Positions 1 through 9,625 of a stretch of DNA of 64,000 nt are shown here, in pieces (the first letter of the stretch is position 1; each line of letters starts with the position of its first letter). Both the position numbers and the translations under genes were made by a program. The notes under the pieces are model-generated. The model made no database searches. It was not told where the DNA came from and worked only from the letters and a program-made list of their open reading frames with translations. Source of the stretch: Terriglobia bacterium (GTDB taxonomy: Bacteria > Acidobacteriota > Terriglobia > 20CM-2-55-15); assembly GCA_965218585.1 (NCBI GenBank), contig CBDCLE010000023.1, positions 10,162-74,161 on the forward strand. The letters are read 5' to 3'.

Positions 1-1410
1 GTTGCAGACACAAAGGTTCCTGCGGCCATGAATCATGTCGTTCCGATCCTCGGCATGAGACCGGGTCGGACTCACACGATCCGGGTTGTCGTCACGGACG
101 AAGATGGTGTCAGCGCCTCGTCAGAACCACTGGAGGTCACAACGGATGCACTGCCGGAGGATTTCCCTCCCATCGATGTTCGCATCAGCGTGCCGGACCG
201 TATGGAGCCGGGTGTCACGCTGTTGGAACCGAGTTACAGCCCGGAGGATGGCTCGCAAAACGACTACCAGTTCCTCGTTGCAATTGATGAGGCGGGAGAG
301 GTGGTCTGGTACTACAAGGCGGTGCACGGCGTATCGGACGCACAGCGGCTTCAGAACGGTAACCTCCTCTATCGCTCTGGTAACGCGCACTTGTATGAAA
401 TCGATATGCTTGGGAATCTGGTGTCCAATTGGAGATCGGACCTCGCTGCCGCAGATCGGATTCGAGCCGACAGCGTCCATGTGGCTACAGACACGCTACA
501 CCACGAAGCACTCGAAACTCCTTCCGGCAATATCATGGCGATCAGTACAGAGGTCCGTACTTATGACGACTATCCGACCAGTGAAACCGATCCCGACGCT
601 CCCAGAATGACTTCTGATGTGGTCGGGGACGTTCTGGTCGAGTTTACACGGCAGGGGCAGGTGGATCGCGAGATCGGGTTGCTGGATCTGTTTGACCCCT
701 ACAGGATTGGCTACGGATCTCTGGGAAGGTTCTGGGCGAACACCTACCCGACCGGATCAAGTCCTCCCAGGGATTGGTCTCATGCCAACGGCATCGCAGT
801 GGATGAGACCGGGCGCTATCTGCTCGTGTCGATGAGACGGCAGGCGGTGGCCAAGCTCGACCTCGAGACCAACGAAGTGGTCTGGATTCTCGGTGATCAC
901 AAGGGTTGGGGACCCGAGTGGCAGCACCTGCTTCTGGAACCGCAGGGCGAATTGACGTGGCAGTCCGATCAGCACGCCGCAATGTTTACACCTCAAGGAA
1001 CAATTTTGATGTTCGACAATGGGGCCAGTCGGGCACGCCCTTTCGATCCACCCATGGCGCCTGAGGAATCGTTCAGCCGGGCCGTCGAGTACAGCGTTGA
1101 TGAAGAGCGTATGGAAGTACGCGAAATATGGTCATATGGCGGACCGGGAGAAGAGAGATTTTTCGCCCGTCGCGTCGGTGACGCCGACTGGATGCCGGAA
1201 ACTGGGAACGTCCTCGTGACGTACGGCGGGCTGAGCACGGACGCTGACGGCAATTCCATATCTGGGGGGGGTGGCCATGACTGGGTCAGGATCGTAGAGG
1301 TGACACACGATTCACCTGCGGAGGAGGTCTTCGAGCTCTTCGTCGATGATGAAAGACCCCGGGGCTGGCTTAGCTTCCAGGCCGAACGACTGCCGAGCCT
1401 CTATCCCTGA
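1..1410 (+). CDS. Arylsulfotransferase (ASST-like) with N-terminal Ig-like domain, 5'-partial
   Basis: Frame is open from base 1. ASST-type motifs HHE, DWSHANG, QHAA, MFDNG, SRAVEY; C-terminus AERLPSLYP. Paralogue at 50073-51621. Confidence 0.85.
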   Translation, partial: VADTKVPAAMNHVVPILGMRPGRTHTIRVVVTDEDGVSASSEPLEVTTDALPEDFPPIDVRISVPDRMEPGVTLLEPSYSPEDGSQNDYQFLVAIDEAGEVVWYYKAVHGVSDAQRLQNGNLLYRSGNAHLYEIDMLGNLVSNWRSDLAAADRIRADSVHVATDTLHHEALETPSGNIMAISTEVRTYDDYPTSETDPDAPRMTSDVVGDVLVEFTRQGQVDREIGLLDLFDPYRIGYGSLGRFWANTYPTGSSPPRDWSHANGIAVDETGRYLLVSMRRQAVAKLDLETNEVVWILGDHKGWGPEWQHLLLEPQGELTWQSDQHAAMFTPQGTILMFDNGASRARPFDPPMAPEESFSRAVEYSVDEERMEVREIWSYGGPGEERFFARRVGDADWMPETGNVLVTYGGLSTDADGNSISGGGGHDWVRIVEVTHDSPAEEVFELFVDDERPRGWLSFQAERLPSLYP

Positions 1411-1437
1411 CGAATGGGATCTGTGGTCTCACTGAAG

Positions 1438-2060
1438 GAACGGGTGCCGGTTCTATGACTGTAGGGGCGGCTACGACCGCCCGATCTGTTGACGACTCCA
1501 GGAACGACTGGACTGCCATCGGTCGTCGGAGCAACACTCGCTACCAAAAGGGTCAATTTCGCGATTGTCGCGTAAAAGCAGGCCGCATATTGCCCTCCCC
1601 CCAGTCAAGTCTCCCGAAGCAAAGTGTCTCGTTATTCAATGGCACGCTCCATGCTCATAACAGAGCATGGAGCGGAAGATTAAGCGATATAATTTGCAAG
1701 GACAGTCAAGATGACAGCATCGGTAGAGGAACGCGTAGCCTACCTGGAGGGGAAAATGGAAGAGCACTCCAGAGGATTCGGGGAGATTCGCGAACTCCTG
1801 GTTCATCTCAACGGGCGCATCGACACCATGGACCAGAGGTTTGATTCCCGAATCGACTCACTGGACCAGAAGGTTTCCCGCCATTTTACGTGGCTTGTCG
1901 GTATTCAGGTGGCGATTCTCGTGTCGATCATCGGTGCTCTAATCGGCGGATAGAAGGTCTAAGCCCCGCTGGAGAATGTATTTTTCTCCGCCTCCGTTTC
2001 ACTTTCCCTTAACGGCATCGTCCTGAACGGGTTTGAAGAACTGACCGAACGGGTGCCGGT
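1438..2060 (+). repeat. 14-bp direct repeat GAACGGGTGCCGGT (1438-1451 and 2047-2060) flanking a small gene
   Basis: Exact match read directly from the sequence. Confidence 0.55.
1711..1953 (+). CDS. Small coiled-coil protein with C-terminal transmembrane helix (DUF1640/Bdr-like architecture)
   Basis: 80 aa with heptad-like RID/LDQ repeats, then WLVGIQVAILVSIIGALI. TATAAT and AAGGA lie upstream. Confidence 0.7.
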   Translation: MTASVEERVAYLEGKMEEHSRGFGEIRELLVHLNGRIDTMDQRFDSRIDSLDQKVSRHFTWLVGIQVAILVSIIGALIGG

Positions 2061-2086
2061 CCCCTGATTCCGAGCTCAAGTCAGAG

Positions 2087-2118
2087 GCCCCGGAAGTTGT
2101 CACACTTCCGGAGCTTTT
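2087..2118 (+). terminator. Rho-independent terminator
   Basis: Hairpin GCCCCGGAAGT-tgtcac-ACTTCCGGAGC followed by TTTTT, between convergent genes. Confidence 0.55.
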
Positions 2119-2201
2119 TCCTCAGGCACCGATCTTTTCAACAGAAGCGTCGATGGTGACGCCTTCGGCAATGGAGTTATGGACCGGGGAGAAGTCAATG
2201 G

Positions 2202-2840
2202 CTAGGGCTGATTCTCCAGGAAATCGAGGTGGATCCGGGCGACGGTGTGCATGTAACCGCCTCCTCTGTAGCGATCGGCTGCTGCCGCCTGAATATTTCG
2301 AAGCGACCCGGGCCCGTCCCCGATCGCTTCGTAATACAGGCCGACATAGAGATAGGCGTAGAACTCGGACAGCGTCCCACCGTTCCCGGCCCTCAACACG
2401 TCTTCGGGACCGAGGTCGCCGGCAAACATCTGGTAAACCTGACGCATCGGCACGCGCGCGTCGGGTCCCACGGGAAGCAGGGCCGAGAGAGCCTCGGCTG
2501 GAGATTCCGATCGGGCCACGCAGAGGAAATGCCAGGCGGCATTCTCGACGTCGTTGGGGTTCACGAGGCGGTGCGATTCGAACTGGGCACGGCAGTCCTG
2601 GTAGCGCTCAGCGTAGTAGAGGGCAATGCCGCGTTGCCAGAGTTGGGGAGCGAAGGCTGGGACAAGCCGGGCTACATCATCGAATCCCTCGACGGATTCT
2701 TCTATCCGACCCGCCTGGAAGTCGCTGATGGCCTCCTCGAGGATCGACTGCGGATCATCCTGAGACTCAGAGAAAGCACCGGCGGAAACTAATAATATTG
2801 CGAAGAATGTCGCGACCAGTGGCCGAAGCGTTCTAGCCAT
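2202..2840 (-). CDS. Secreted TPR-like protein
   Basis: Signal peptide MARTLRPLVATFFAILLVSAGAFS; TPR-like helices (LWQRGIALYY, YAYLYVGLYYEA). Start chosen at 2840. Confidence 0.7.
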   Translation of the reverse strand: MARTLRPLVATFFAILLVSAGAFSESQDDPQSILEEAISDFQAGRIEESVEGFDDVARLVPAFAPQLWQRGIALYYAERYQDCRAQFESHRLVNPNDVENAAWHFLCVARSESPAEALSALLPVGPDARVPMRQVYQMFAGDLGPEDVLRAGNGGTLSEFYAYLYVGLYYEAIGDGPGSLRNIQAAAADRYRGGGYMHTVARIHLDFLENQP

Positions 2841-2925
2841 CCCCCTCGACCTTCCCCGATAGAGATGCGCTCCGAATAAGTCGGTCTTCATCAGATGGTC
2901 TCTCATCGACTCTCTTTCCACTGAC

Positions 2926-4173
2926 TTATTGGAGGCCCAGGTTGAACGCGGCCAGGGTATCGCCGTTTCGAAGATAGAGAATGCCGTCTACAAGCGCCGG
3001 GTAGGCCCGCACAGTCTCGGGAAGAAGCTGGGCCCGTGCCAGGGGCTGGAACCCCTCGGGCGATGCCTGGGCCAATACCAGTTCGCCTCTCTCCCGCAGG
3101 ATCAACACATGGTCGCCTGCAAGAATAACGCTTCCCGCACGAAACTGTTCTACGCTCCAGGCTACCTCACCGGTTTCAAAATGGATGGCCCGGAGGCTGG
3201 GACCAAACTCCTGACGGCCATGATATCCATACAGGTAGCCGTCGTGGTAGACGCTGGTCGCGTAGTGGTTCGTGAGCACATCATTGGAAACCCACAGCGG
3301 GCTGAGTTGCTCTCCGTCCCATCGCAGCACACCGGCGCCGGGCCCGTACTCGGCTGAAACGAAGATGAGATCCTCGACAACGATCGGCGATGCCGCGTTT
3401 ATCGAAGACGCCGAACGCGAACGCCACCTTTGGTTGAACGCCACTTCTCCGTTTCGAGGATCGAGTCCAATCAAACCGTTGCGCGTCAGAAAGATCGCGT
3501 AACGGCGTCCCGAGATGTTGACGCTGACGGGAGACGAATAACTGGCCCCATCCTCAGTCGCCGTCCAGAGAACCTCCCCGGTAGCCGCGTCGAACGCCAC
3601 GATCCCAGCATCGGGGCCTCCGATGTTCGCGATGACCCTCCCATCCTCGACCAAAGGGGACCCGCCTGCGCCAAAAAACCCCTTTGAAACGTCAAAGCGG
3701 TCCATGGTGTCATGGCTCCAAATTCTTCGTCCGGTTTCAAGTTCGACAGCATGCAGCTGTCCCTGGGCTCCGAACGTGTAGACGACGCCGTCCACGATAA
3801 CCGGGACGGCCCGGGGTCCTTCGTCGAATCCAAAATCATCGCGATAGGATGTAGGATAACTGTAGTCCCACAGACTTGTCCCGGTCTCCGGATCGAAGGC
3901 TTCGACAACCTCACGATTCGAGACACGATGGAACAGGATGAGGCGGCCATCGGAAACAACGGGCCCACTGAAACCTTCACCGACGTCCTGCTCCCAGACC
4001 AAAGGAGGGCCGTCCTCTCCCCACGCTTCGGCCAGTGGCGAGCCTCTATAGACACCGTTGCGCTCCGGACCGAAGAACTGCGGCCAGTCCTGGGCGGCGC
4101 ATTCAATGCCCATGGCGAGGAAAACGACTGCCAGAGGGGCCATCACTCTTTGCATTTCCGTTGTTCCTTCCAA
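2926..4173 (-). CDS. Secreted PQQ-like (BamB-type) beta-propeller protein
   Basis: Signal peptide, WPQFFGP N-terminal motif, repeated AFD..TG..LW blades. Start may be 4155. Confidence 0.85.
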   Translation of the reverse strand: MEGTTEMQRVMAPLAVVFLAMGIECAAQDWPQFFGPERNGVYRGSPLAEAWGEDGPPLVWEQDVGEGFSGPVVSDGRLILFHRVSNREVVEAFDPETGTSLWDYSYPTSYRDDFGFDEGPRAVPVIVDGVVYTFGAQGQLHAVELETGRRIWSHDTMDRFDVSKGFFGAGGSPLVEDGRVIANIGGPDAGIVAFDAATGEVLWTATEDGASYSSPVSVNISGRRYAIFLTRNGLIGLDPRNGEVAFNQRWRSRSASSINAASPIVVEDLIFVSAEYGPGAGVLRWDGEQLSPLWVSNDVLTNHYATSVYHDGYLYGYHGRQEFGPSLRAIHFETGEVAWSVEQFRAGSVILAGDHVLILRERGELVLAQASPEGFQPLARAQLLPETVRAYPALVDGILYLRNGDTLAAFNLGLQ

Positions 4174-4216
4174 TGAGAACGCGATGTGCGCTCATAGAGC
4201 GCACTACAGAAGAATC

Positions 4217-5491
4217 CTACTTAGAGACTGCCTTGGCCCGAGGCTCGTAGCGGAACTGCTTCGATCCGGCCAGCTTGGAATAGGAGCCAAAGCGCTCCTC
4301 TGCGTCTTCGATAAGATCGAGCGGCGTAGCCTCGTCGTCGCCGTCCTCATATACGTGCAACAATTTGTAGTTCGTCTTTCTCTGGGCGGGGATCCGTCCT
4401 GCGTCGCGAATCAGACGGCGAAGTTCCCGGGGTTGGACCAGCTGTCCGTATTGCGCTCCAGCCGAGGTGGAAATGCTCTCGTTCATCAGAGTCCCGCCGA
4501 CATCGTTCGCACCCGCCGCAAGCAGGTACTGGGCGAACTTCGGTCCCTCCTTCACCCACGATGACTGAAGATTCGGTATAGAAGCTCCCAGCATCAGCCG
4601 GGCAAGGGCATGTAGTTTGACCACTTCCATCCCGCTCGGGCCGGGACGCAGGTTCGGAAGCAGACGATGTTGATACATCGGAGCTTCCTCAGAGATCATT
4701 GACAGAGGCACAAACTCGGTGATTCCACCCGTCTGACGCTGGATGTCCCTCAACAGGTCCATGTGTTTTACCCAGTGAACAGGCGTCTCGATGTGGCCGT
4801 ACATGATCGTCGAGGTCGTGGGAATGTCGAGGCTGTGGGCCGTAGTAATGACTTCAACCCACTCGTTCACTGTGATACGGCCCGGAGAAATGGCGTCACG
4901 CACCTCCTGATCCAGAATCTCGGCCGATGTGCCCGGAAGCGATCCCAACCCCGCCTCTTTCAGCGCCTTGAGATAATCCTCGATCGACGTGCCCGAACGC
5001 GTTGAGCCGTACAGCACTTCCTCGGGCGAAAACGCGTGTATATGGACGTCGGGAACCGCTTTCTTCACTTCGCGTGTGAGGTCGATGTAGAGGTTACCGT
5101 CCATATCGGGCGGCATACCCGCCTGCAGGCAAACCTCTGTCGCCCCCATATCCACTGCTTCGAGTGTCCGCCGGATGATTTCCTCGGAATTGAGAAGATA
5201 GCCCTCTTCGTTACGGTATGTTCGGCTGAAGGCGCAGAAGCCGCAGTGCTTCACACACACGTTGGTGAAGTTGATATTGCGGTTGATGACATAGGTCACC
5301 GTGTCGCCGACCTGAAGCTTCCTCAGCTGGTCGGCCGCAAAAACCATCGCGTGAAAGTCCGCTCCGTTGGTTTCCGACAACTGCAGTGCTTCGGATACCG
5401 AAATCTCCTCACCTTCCAGCGCCCGGGACAGAATCCGGTGGATGTTGGGATCTATGTTGCCGGGAAGTGAAGGCAGTGTCTCTGGTGTCAT
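4217..5491 (-). CDS. cofH: FO synthase subunit 2 (radical SAM)
   Basis: NRNINFTNVCVKHCGFC, PGTSAEIL, TTSTIMYGH, SSWVK, NDVGGTLMNESIS; adjacent to cofG. Confidence 0.9.
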   Translation of the reverse strand: MTPETLPSLPGNIDPNIHRILSRALEGEEISVSEALQLSETNGADFHAMVFAADQLRKLQVGDTVTYVINRNINFTNVCVKHCGFCAFSRTYRNEEGYLLNSEEIIRRTLEAVDMGATEVCLQAGMPPDMDGNLYIDLTREVKKAVPDVHIHAFSPEEVLYGSTRSGTSIEDYLKALKEAGLGSLPGTSAEILDQEVRDAISPGRITVNEWVEVITTAHSLDIPTTSTIMYGHIETPVHWVKHMDLLRDIQRQTGGITEFVPLSMISEEAPMYQHRLLPNLRPGPSGMEVVKLHALARLMLGASIPNLQSSWVKEGPKFAQYLLAAGANDVGGTLMNESISTSAGAQYGQLVQPRELRRLIRDAGRIPAQRKTNYKLLHVYEDGDDEATPLDLIEDAEERFGSYSKLAGSKQFRYEPRAKAVSK

Positions 5492-5503
5492 CGTGTTCCT
5501 CGT

Positions 5504-6655
5504 CTATGCAATTGCTGTTTGAAGATTCGAAACTATCGGTTCGAGCCGGGTCGGGAGAAAACCGGGGCGTTCGATGTACTCATCATAGATCGCCAGTCGT
5601 TCCGAGAGCGTATAGCCCTCTTCCCGGCAAGTTTCCCGAAGCGTGCGAATATGCGGCCAAGCGGCTTCGGGATTGACGTAGTCCTGGGTCACCGGAGAAA
5701 TTCCGCCCCAGTCGTTGATGCCTGCACGGAGTAGAAGCCGATGGTCGTCAGGATTCAGGTTTGGCGGAACCTGGAGGTTCATCGCCCCGCCCAGAATCAG
5801 GCGCCCTACGGCAACGGCTTTCGCCACCTCGAGGCCATCGGGTTCAGGAAACTCTTCCATGCGCGTGTCGGGCTTGGCACGGAAATTCTGGATTATGACT
5901 TCCTGGATGTGGCCGTACCTCTCGTGAAGATCACGAATGGCAATGAGGCTATCGACGATCTCTTCGACGGTTTCTCCAATCCCGATAAGAATTCCTGTCG
6001 TGAACGCTATCGACAGCTCCCCCGCCTCACGAATCATCTGCAAACGTACGTCCGGATGCTTGTCCGGTGCCGAAAAGTGAGGCATGCCTTTCATCGTGAG
6101 TCTGGGGCTGACATTCTCGAGCATCAAGCCGAGGCTGGCGTTCACCGGCTTGAGGAGTTCCATTTGCTGGTACGTGAGCACACCCGCGTTTGTGTGGGGC
6201 AGAAATCCATGCCCAACTGCTATTTCACAAGCCTCGAAGACATATTCGACTGTCGTCTCATGTCCGAAATCCGCAAGGGTCTCCCGATAATGTGGATAGG
6301 CCGCTTCCGGTCTGTCGCCCAGGCACATCAGGGCTTCTTTGCAACCCTGCGCGCTTCCCGATCGCAGCGTATGACGAATGTCGTCCGGGGTCATCGTCCA
6401 TGCGTCCGGGTCGGTCGGATCCTTCCGGAAGGTGCAGTACGAACAACGATCCCGGCACAGGTTCGTCACCGGGAGAAATACCTTTCGGGAATAGGTCACG
6501 GTCCTGCCCTTCGATCGGTCCCGCAGACGGCCGGCGGCTTCGATCACCGAGTAGACCTGGGAACCTTTCGAGTGGATCAGGTCATAACCCTCTCCGGCGG
6601 AGAGGGACTCACCGTCGAGAGCCTTTCGCAGAATCGCGTCTATCTTCAGGGGCAT
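5504..6655 (-). CDS. cofG: FO synthase subunit 1 (radical SAM)
   Basis: TYSRKVFLPVTNLCRDRCSYC, LPHTNAG, FTTGILIGIGE, QVPPNL, GINDWGGISP. Confidence 0.93.
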   Translation of the reverse strand: MPLKIDAILRKALDGESLSAGEGYDLIHSKGSQVYSVIEAAGRLRDRSKGRTVTYSRKVFLPVTNLCRDRCSYCTFRKDPTDPDAWTMTPDDIRHTLRSGSAQGCKEALMCLGDRPEAAYPHYRETLADFGHETTVEYVFEACEIAVGHGFLPHTNAGVLTYQQMELLKPVNASLGLMLENVSPRLTMKGMPHFSAPDKHPDVRLQMIREAGELSIAFTTGILIGIGETVEEIVDSLIAIRDLHERYGHIQEVIIQNFRAKPDTRMEEFPEPDGLEVAKAVAVGRLILGGAMNLQVPPNLNPDDHRLLLRAGINDWGGISPVTQDYVNPEAAWPHIRTLRETCREEGYTLSERLAIYDEYIERPGFLPTRLEPIVSNLQTAIA

Positions 6656-6755
6656 CTGGCTATTTTACACGGTAATGCCGGAGCGGCGACAGGTGGGTCG
6701 GACAGTCAGAGGGGAGGTCTACTCGTCTCGCGAAACGTTCTGGCTTGGTCCTGAA

Positions 6756-6846
6756 GGGCTTGCGATCAGGATGATCGCGAGCGTCGCCCTGCTTTCACAT
6801 AGAAGACTCAGACAGGATGTCTGAAGAACGACCGAGCGAAATCTTC
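6756..6846 (+). repeat. Two-hairpin intergenic element, copy A
   Basis: GCTTGCGATC-AGGAT-GATCGCGAGC GTCGCC ... TCAGAC-AGGAT-GTCTGA ... GAGCGAAATCTTC. Confidence 0.85.
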
Positions 6847-6859
6847 TCCCGACCCCCAC

Positions 6860-7813
6860 CTAAGCCTTTCCGAACTTCGAGTTACCGACGATCTTTTCCA
6901 CAATCGAGTAGGGATCCTGCTTGCGTTCTGCAATCTCTTTAATGAGCTGATCCAGGTCTCCATCAGGGAACACTTCATCGACGGCAGCCGCCACAAGTCT
7001 CTCCTGTAACTGGGTCATCAGGCGTTGCCGGGCGGCATCCCGCTTCTTCTGTGTTCGGATCTTCGAATCTTCGAAAACCTGTCTGCACTCCTCGATTCGT
7101 TCGACCAGTTCGGTGGTTCCTTCTCCGGTGGTCGCCACGGTCTTGACGATCGGGGGATTCCAGTCATCCGGGCGGTGGGCCAGGGAGAGCATGGCGCCAA
7201 TCGCGCTCTCGATCTTGTCGACACCGGGATGATCGGACTTGTTGATCACGAAGATATCGCCGATTTCCATAAGGCCGGCCTTGATCGCCTGAACGTCGTC
7301 TCCCATACCCGGAACCAGGACGACCACCGAAATATCCGCCAACTTTACGATCTCGATCTCATCCTGACCCACACCGACAGTTTCGACGATGATCGGGTCG
7401 CGACCCGCCGCATCCAGAACTGTGACTACATCAGCAGTCGTCGATGCCAGACCGCCCAGGTTACCGCGAGTCGCCATACTGCGAATGTAGATCCCCGGAT
7501 CGACACCCAGAGTCTGCATCCGAATCCGATCACCGAGAATTGCGCCGCCCGTGAAAGGGCTGCTCGGATCGACAGCCACAATCCCCACGCTTTTGTCGCT
7601 CTGCCTGTAATCGATCGCCAATCGATCCACCAGTGAACTCTTCCCCGCTCCCGGACTGCCGGTCACACCGATCACCTGAGACTGCCCGGTCTTGGGGAAC
7701 AGCGCTTTAAGAATCTCCAGGCTGTCCGGGGATCGGTTTTCGACCCGTGTGATCGCCCGGGCCAAGGCCCGTATGTCACCGCTAAGGACTTCTTTTAGAA
7801 GTGAGTTATCCAT
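6860..7813 (-). CDS. meaB: Methylmalonyl-CoA mutase-associated GTPase (ArgK/MeaB), paralogue 1
   Basis: GSPGAGKSS, AVDPSSPFTGGAILGDRIRM, ETVGVGQ, NKSD. Confidence 0.92.
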   Translation of the reverse strand: MDNSLLKEVLSGDIRALARAITRVENRSPDSLEILKALFPKTGQSQVIGVTGSPGAGKSSLVDRLAIDYRQSDKSVGIVAVDPSSPFTGGAILGDRIRMQTLGVDPGIYIRSMATRGNLGGLASTTADVVTVLDAAGRDPIIVETVGVGQDEIEIVKLADISVVVLVPGMGDDVQAIKAGLMEIGDIFVINKSDHPGVDKIESAIGAMLSLAHRPDDWNPPIVKTVATTGEGTTELVERIEECRQVFEDSKIRTQKKRDAARQRLMTQLQERLVAAAVDEVFPDGDLDQLIKEIAERKQDPYSIVEKIVGNSKFGKA

Positions 7814-7893
7814 CAGTGGCTTAGTTCTCGTTGGTAATTTCCATCAATGGCATTGTATCGCAGCCACGACCAGCGGAACCGAAACCCGCTGGT

Positions 7894-7973
7894 GGGAAAT
7901 TCAGGACAGACCCCTGTTTCCAAAAAACGAAAGAGTTGCTTACGGAAAGAGGGATCTGTCCCTGGAATTTCCC
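7894..7973. repeat. REP/REPIN-like imperfect inverted repeat
   Basis: GGGAAATTCAGGACAGACCCCTGTTTCC ... GGAAAGAGGGATCTGTCCCTGGAATTTCCC. Confidence 0.6.
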
Positions 7974-7989
7974 GTAAAATACACCGCCT

Positions 7990-8391
7990 ATGACCGAAGT
8001 ACGACTGCAAACCCACTGGCCCGATTGCGATCCCGCCGGGATCGTCTATTTCGCAAACTTTTTCCGCTTTGTGGGCATCGCCGAGGAAGAGATGTTCCTT
8101 CTCGCCAACAAGCGACGTCAGAAGATACTCGATGACCACGACATCTGGATGCCCCGGGTGGAAACCCACGCGAAGTTCATCAGACCGATTCAGAGTGGAT
8201 CGGCGATTCGAATACGCATGGACCCGCAGTTCAAAGGCTCAAAGACCGTGCGCTTCGAGTTTGAGGTTATCGACGACGAGACAGAGGCATTGTTTGCAAC
8301 CGGCTTTTTGACGGTGGTCTGCGTGGATCGGGAAACGTTCAAAGCCAAACCGATACCGGAAGAAATTAAAAACATCTTGAGTGGAAAGTAA
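7990..8391 (+). CDS. Acyl-CoA thioesterase (4HBT/YbgC hotdog family)
   Basis: DCDPAGIVYFANF motif, 133 aa. Confidence 0.88.
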   Translation: MTEVRLQTHWPDCDPAGIVYFANFFRFVGIAEEEMFLLANKRRQKILDDHDIWMPRVETHAKFIRPIQSGSAIRIRMDPQFKGSKTVRFEFEVIDDETEALFATGFLTVVCVDRETFKAKPIPEEIKNILSGK

Positions 8392-8505
8392 CTTCTTAGC
8401 GCGCCGACGCCTCGGCTCCGCGTCTTTATTTGAAAGCGGTCCACCCGCACCGGCGGACCGGCGCGGGTCCTCCTCTACCTGCTTCAAAATTCCCCTGATC
8501 CAATT

Positions 8506-8584
8506 GGCCTCTCCATCATCCTGATGGAGAGGGTCGCCGGTCGTTCGGCCAGGATGGCCGATTGAACGACCGAGCGAAATCTTC
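8506..8584 (+). repeat. Two-hairpin intergenic element, copy B (first loop inverted)
   Basis: CCTCTCCATC-ATCCT-GATGGAGAGG GTCGCC GGTCGTTCGGCC-AGGAT-GGCCGATTGAACGACC GAGCGAAATCTTC. Confidence 0.85.
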
Positions 8585-8641
8585 TCCAGTGAGCATTTGA
8601 CTAATCCCAACTTTCCCAACACTAATCATGAATAGACACGC

Positions 8642-8677
8642 AAAAAAGCCGGTACCCGCTTTATAGCAGGTACCGGC
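8642..8677 (-). terminator. Rho-independent terminator of the LLM oxidoreductase gene
   Basis: On the minus strand: GCCGGTACCTGC-tataaa-GCGGGTACCGGC-TTTTTT. Confidence 0.8.
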
Positions 8678-8698
8678 CCATAAGACTGTGCGATTAGT

Positions 8699-9625
8699 TT
8701 ACTTAATGTGAGGCAACACGTCCTTGGCAAACCATTCGATCTTCTCTCGACGCTCCGGCCAACGGCCTTTCATGAACTGAAGCGCGATGTGCTTCACGCC
8801 GATGTCCTTGAACTTGTTGATCGACTCGATCAACTGTTCGGGCGTACCCTCGAAGACATCATCCTGCTGGTCTACCGGATCCTTGGTAATCTCAACCGGA
8901 CGGCAGCAGCAAAGGTCAACCTGACCCTCCCTGCCGAGCTCGGCAGCGGCTTTCTGAACCCTGCTGTACTTGGCAGCCAGATCCTCGGCCGAGATCTTCA
9001 CGTGGTAAGAGAACCATGCATCACCATACTTGGCCGCGCGGTTGACCGCAGCTTCACTCTCTCCACCCGTCCAGATCGGGAAACGGGGATCCTGAACCGG
9101 TCTGGGACTGACCGACAGCGGTTCGAAATCGTAATGTTTTCCGTGGTAACTCGGCTTGTCCGATTTCCAGAGGGTATTGAAGATCTCGAGCTGCTCGTTA
9201 CCCATCGCGCCCCTCTTTTTGAAAGGCACACCCAGGGCGTTGAATTCCTCGATCATCCAGCCGATTCCGGCTCCAAGGATGAGCCGACCGTTTGAAAGCG
9301 TATCGATGGATGTCGCGACGCGGGCCGTATAGAGCGGATGGCGAAACGGCAAAACGGCTACGCTGATACCCAGTTTGACCTTCTTGGTCACTCCGGACAG
9401 GAAAGCCAGGCAGGTCAGCGGCTCAAGAAACGGAACGTCAGGTGGAACGAACCACTGTGAGTTGTCCTTATAGGGGTAGGCCGTTTCCATTAGCCATGGA
9501 TTCACAAGGCGTTCTGCTGCCCAGACCGAATCGTAGCCTGCGTTCTCGGCCTGCTGGGCAGCGTCGGTCAAAACTTCAGGAACCGCGGCGCGGCCAGAGA
9601 CTGGGAGAAAGACTCCAACTTCCAT
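8699..9625 (-). CDS. LLM-class (luciferase-like) oxidoreductase, probably F420-dependent
   Basis: GYDSVWAAE, EPLTCLAFLSG, LSNGRLILGAGIGW, PIWTGG; close to cofGH. Confidence 0.85.
   Translation of the reverse strand: MEVGVFLPVSGRAAVPEVLTDAAQQAENAGYDSVWAAERLVNPWLMETAYPYKDNSQWFVPPDVPFLEPLTCLAFLSGVTKKVKLGISVAVLPFRHPLYTARVATSIDTLSNGRLILGAGIGWMIEEFNALGVPFKKRGAMGNEQLEIFNTLWKSDKPSYHGKHYDFEPLSVSPRPVQDPRFPIWTGGESEAAVNRAAKYGDAWFSYHVKISAEDLAAKYSRVQKAAAELGREGQVDLCCCRPVEITKDPVDQQDDVFEGTPEQLIESINKFKDIGVKHIALQFMKGRWPERREKIEWFAKDVLPHIK

Noticed and set aside
4217-5491. MqnC/MqnE (futalosine pathway) instead of CofH
   Set aside because: It is adjacent to a clear cofG, has CofH-type C-terminal motifs, and no mqn genes are nearby.
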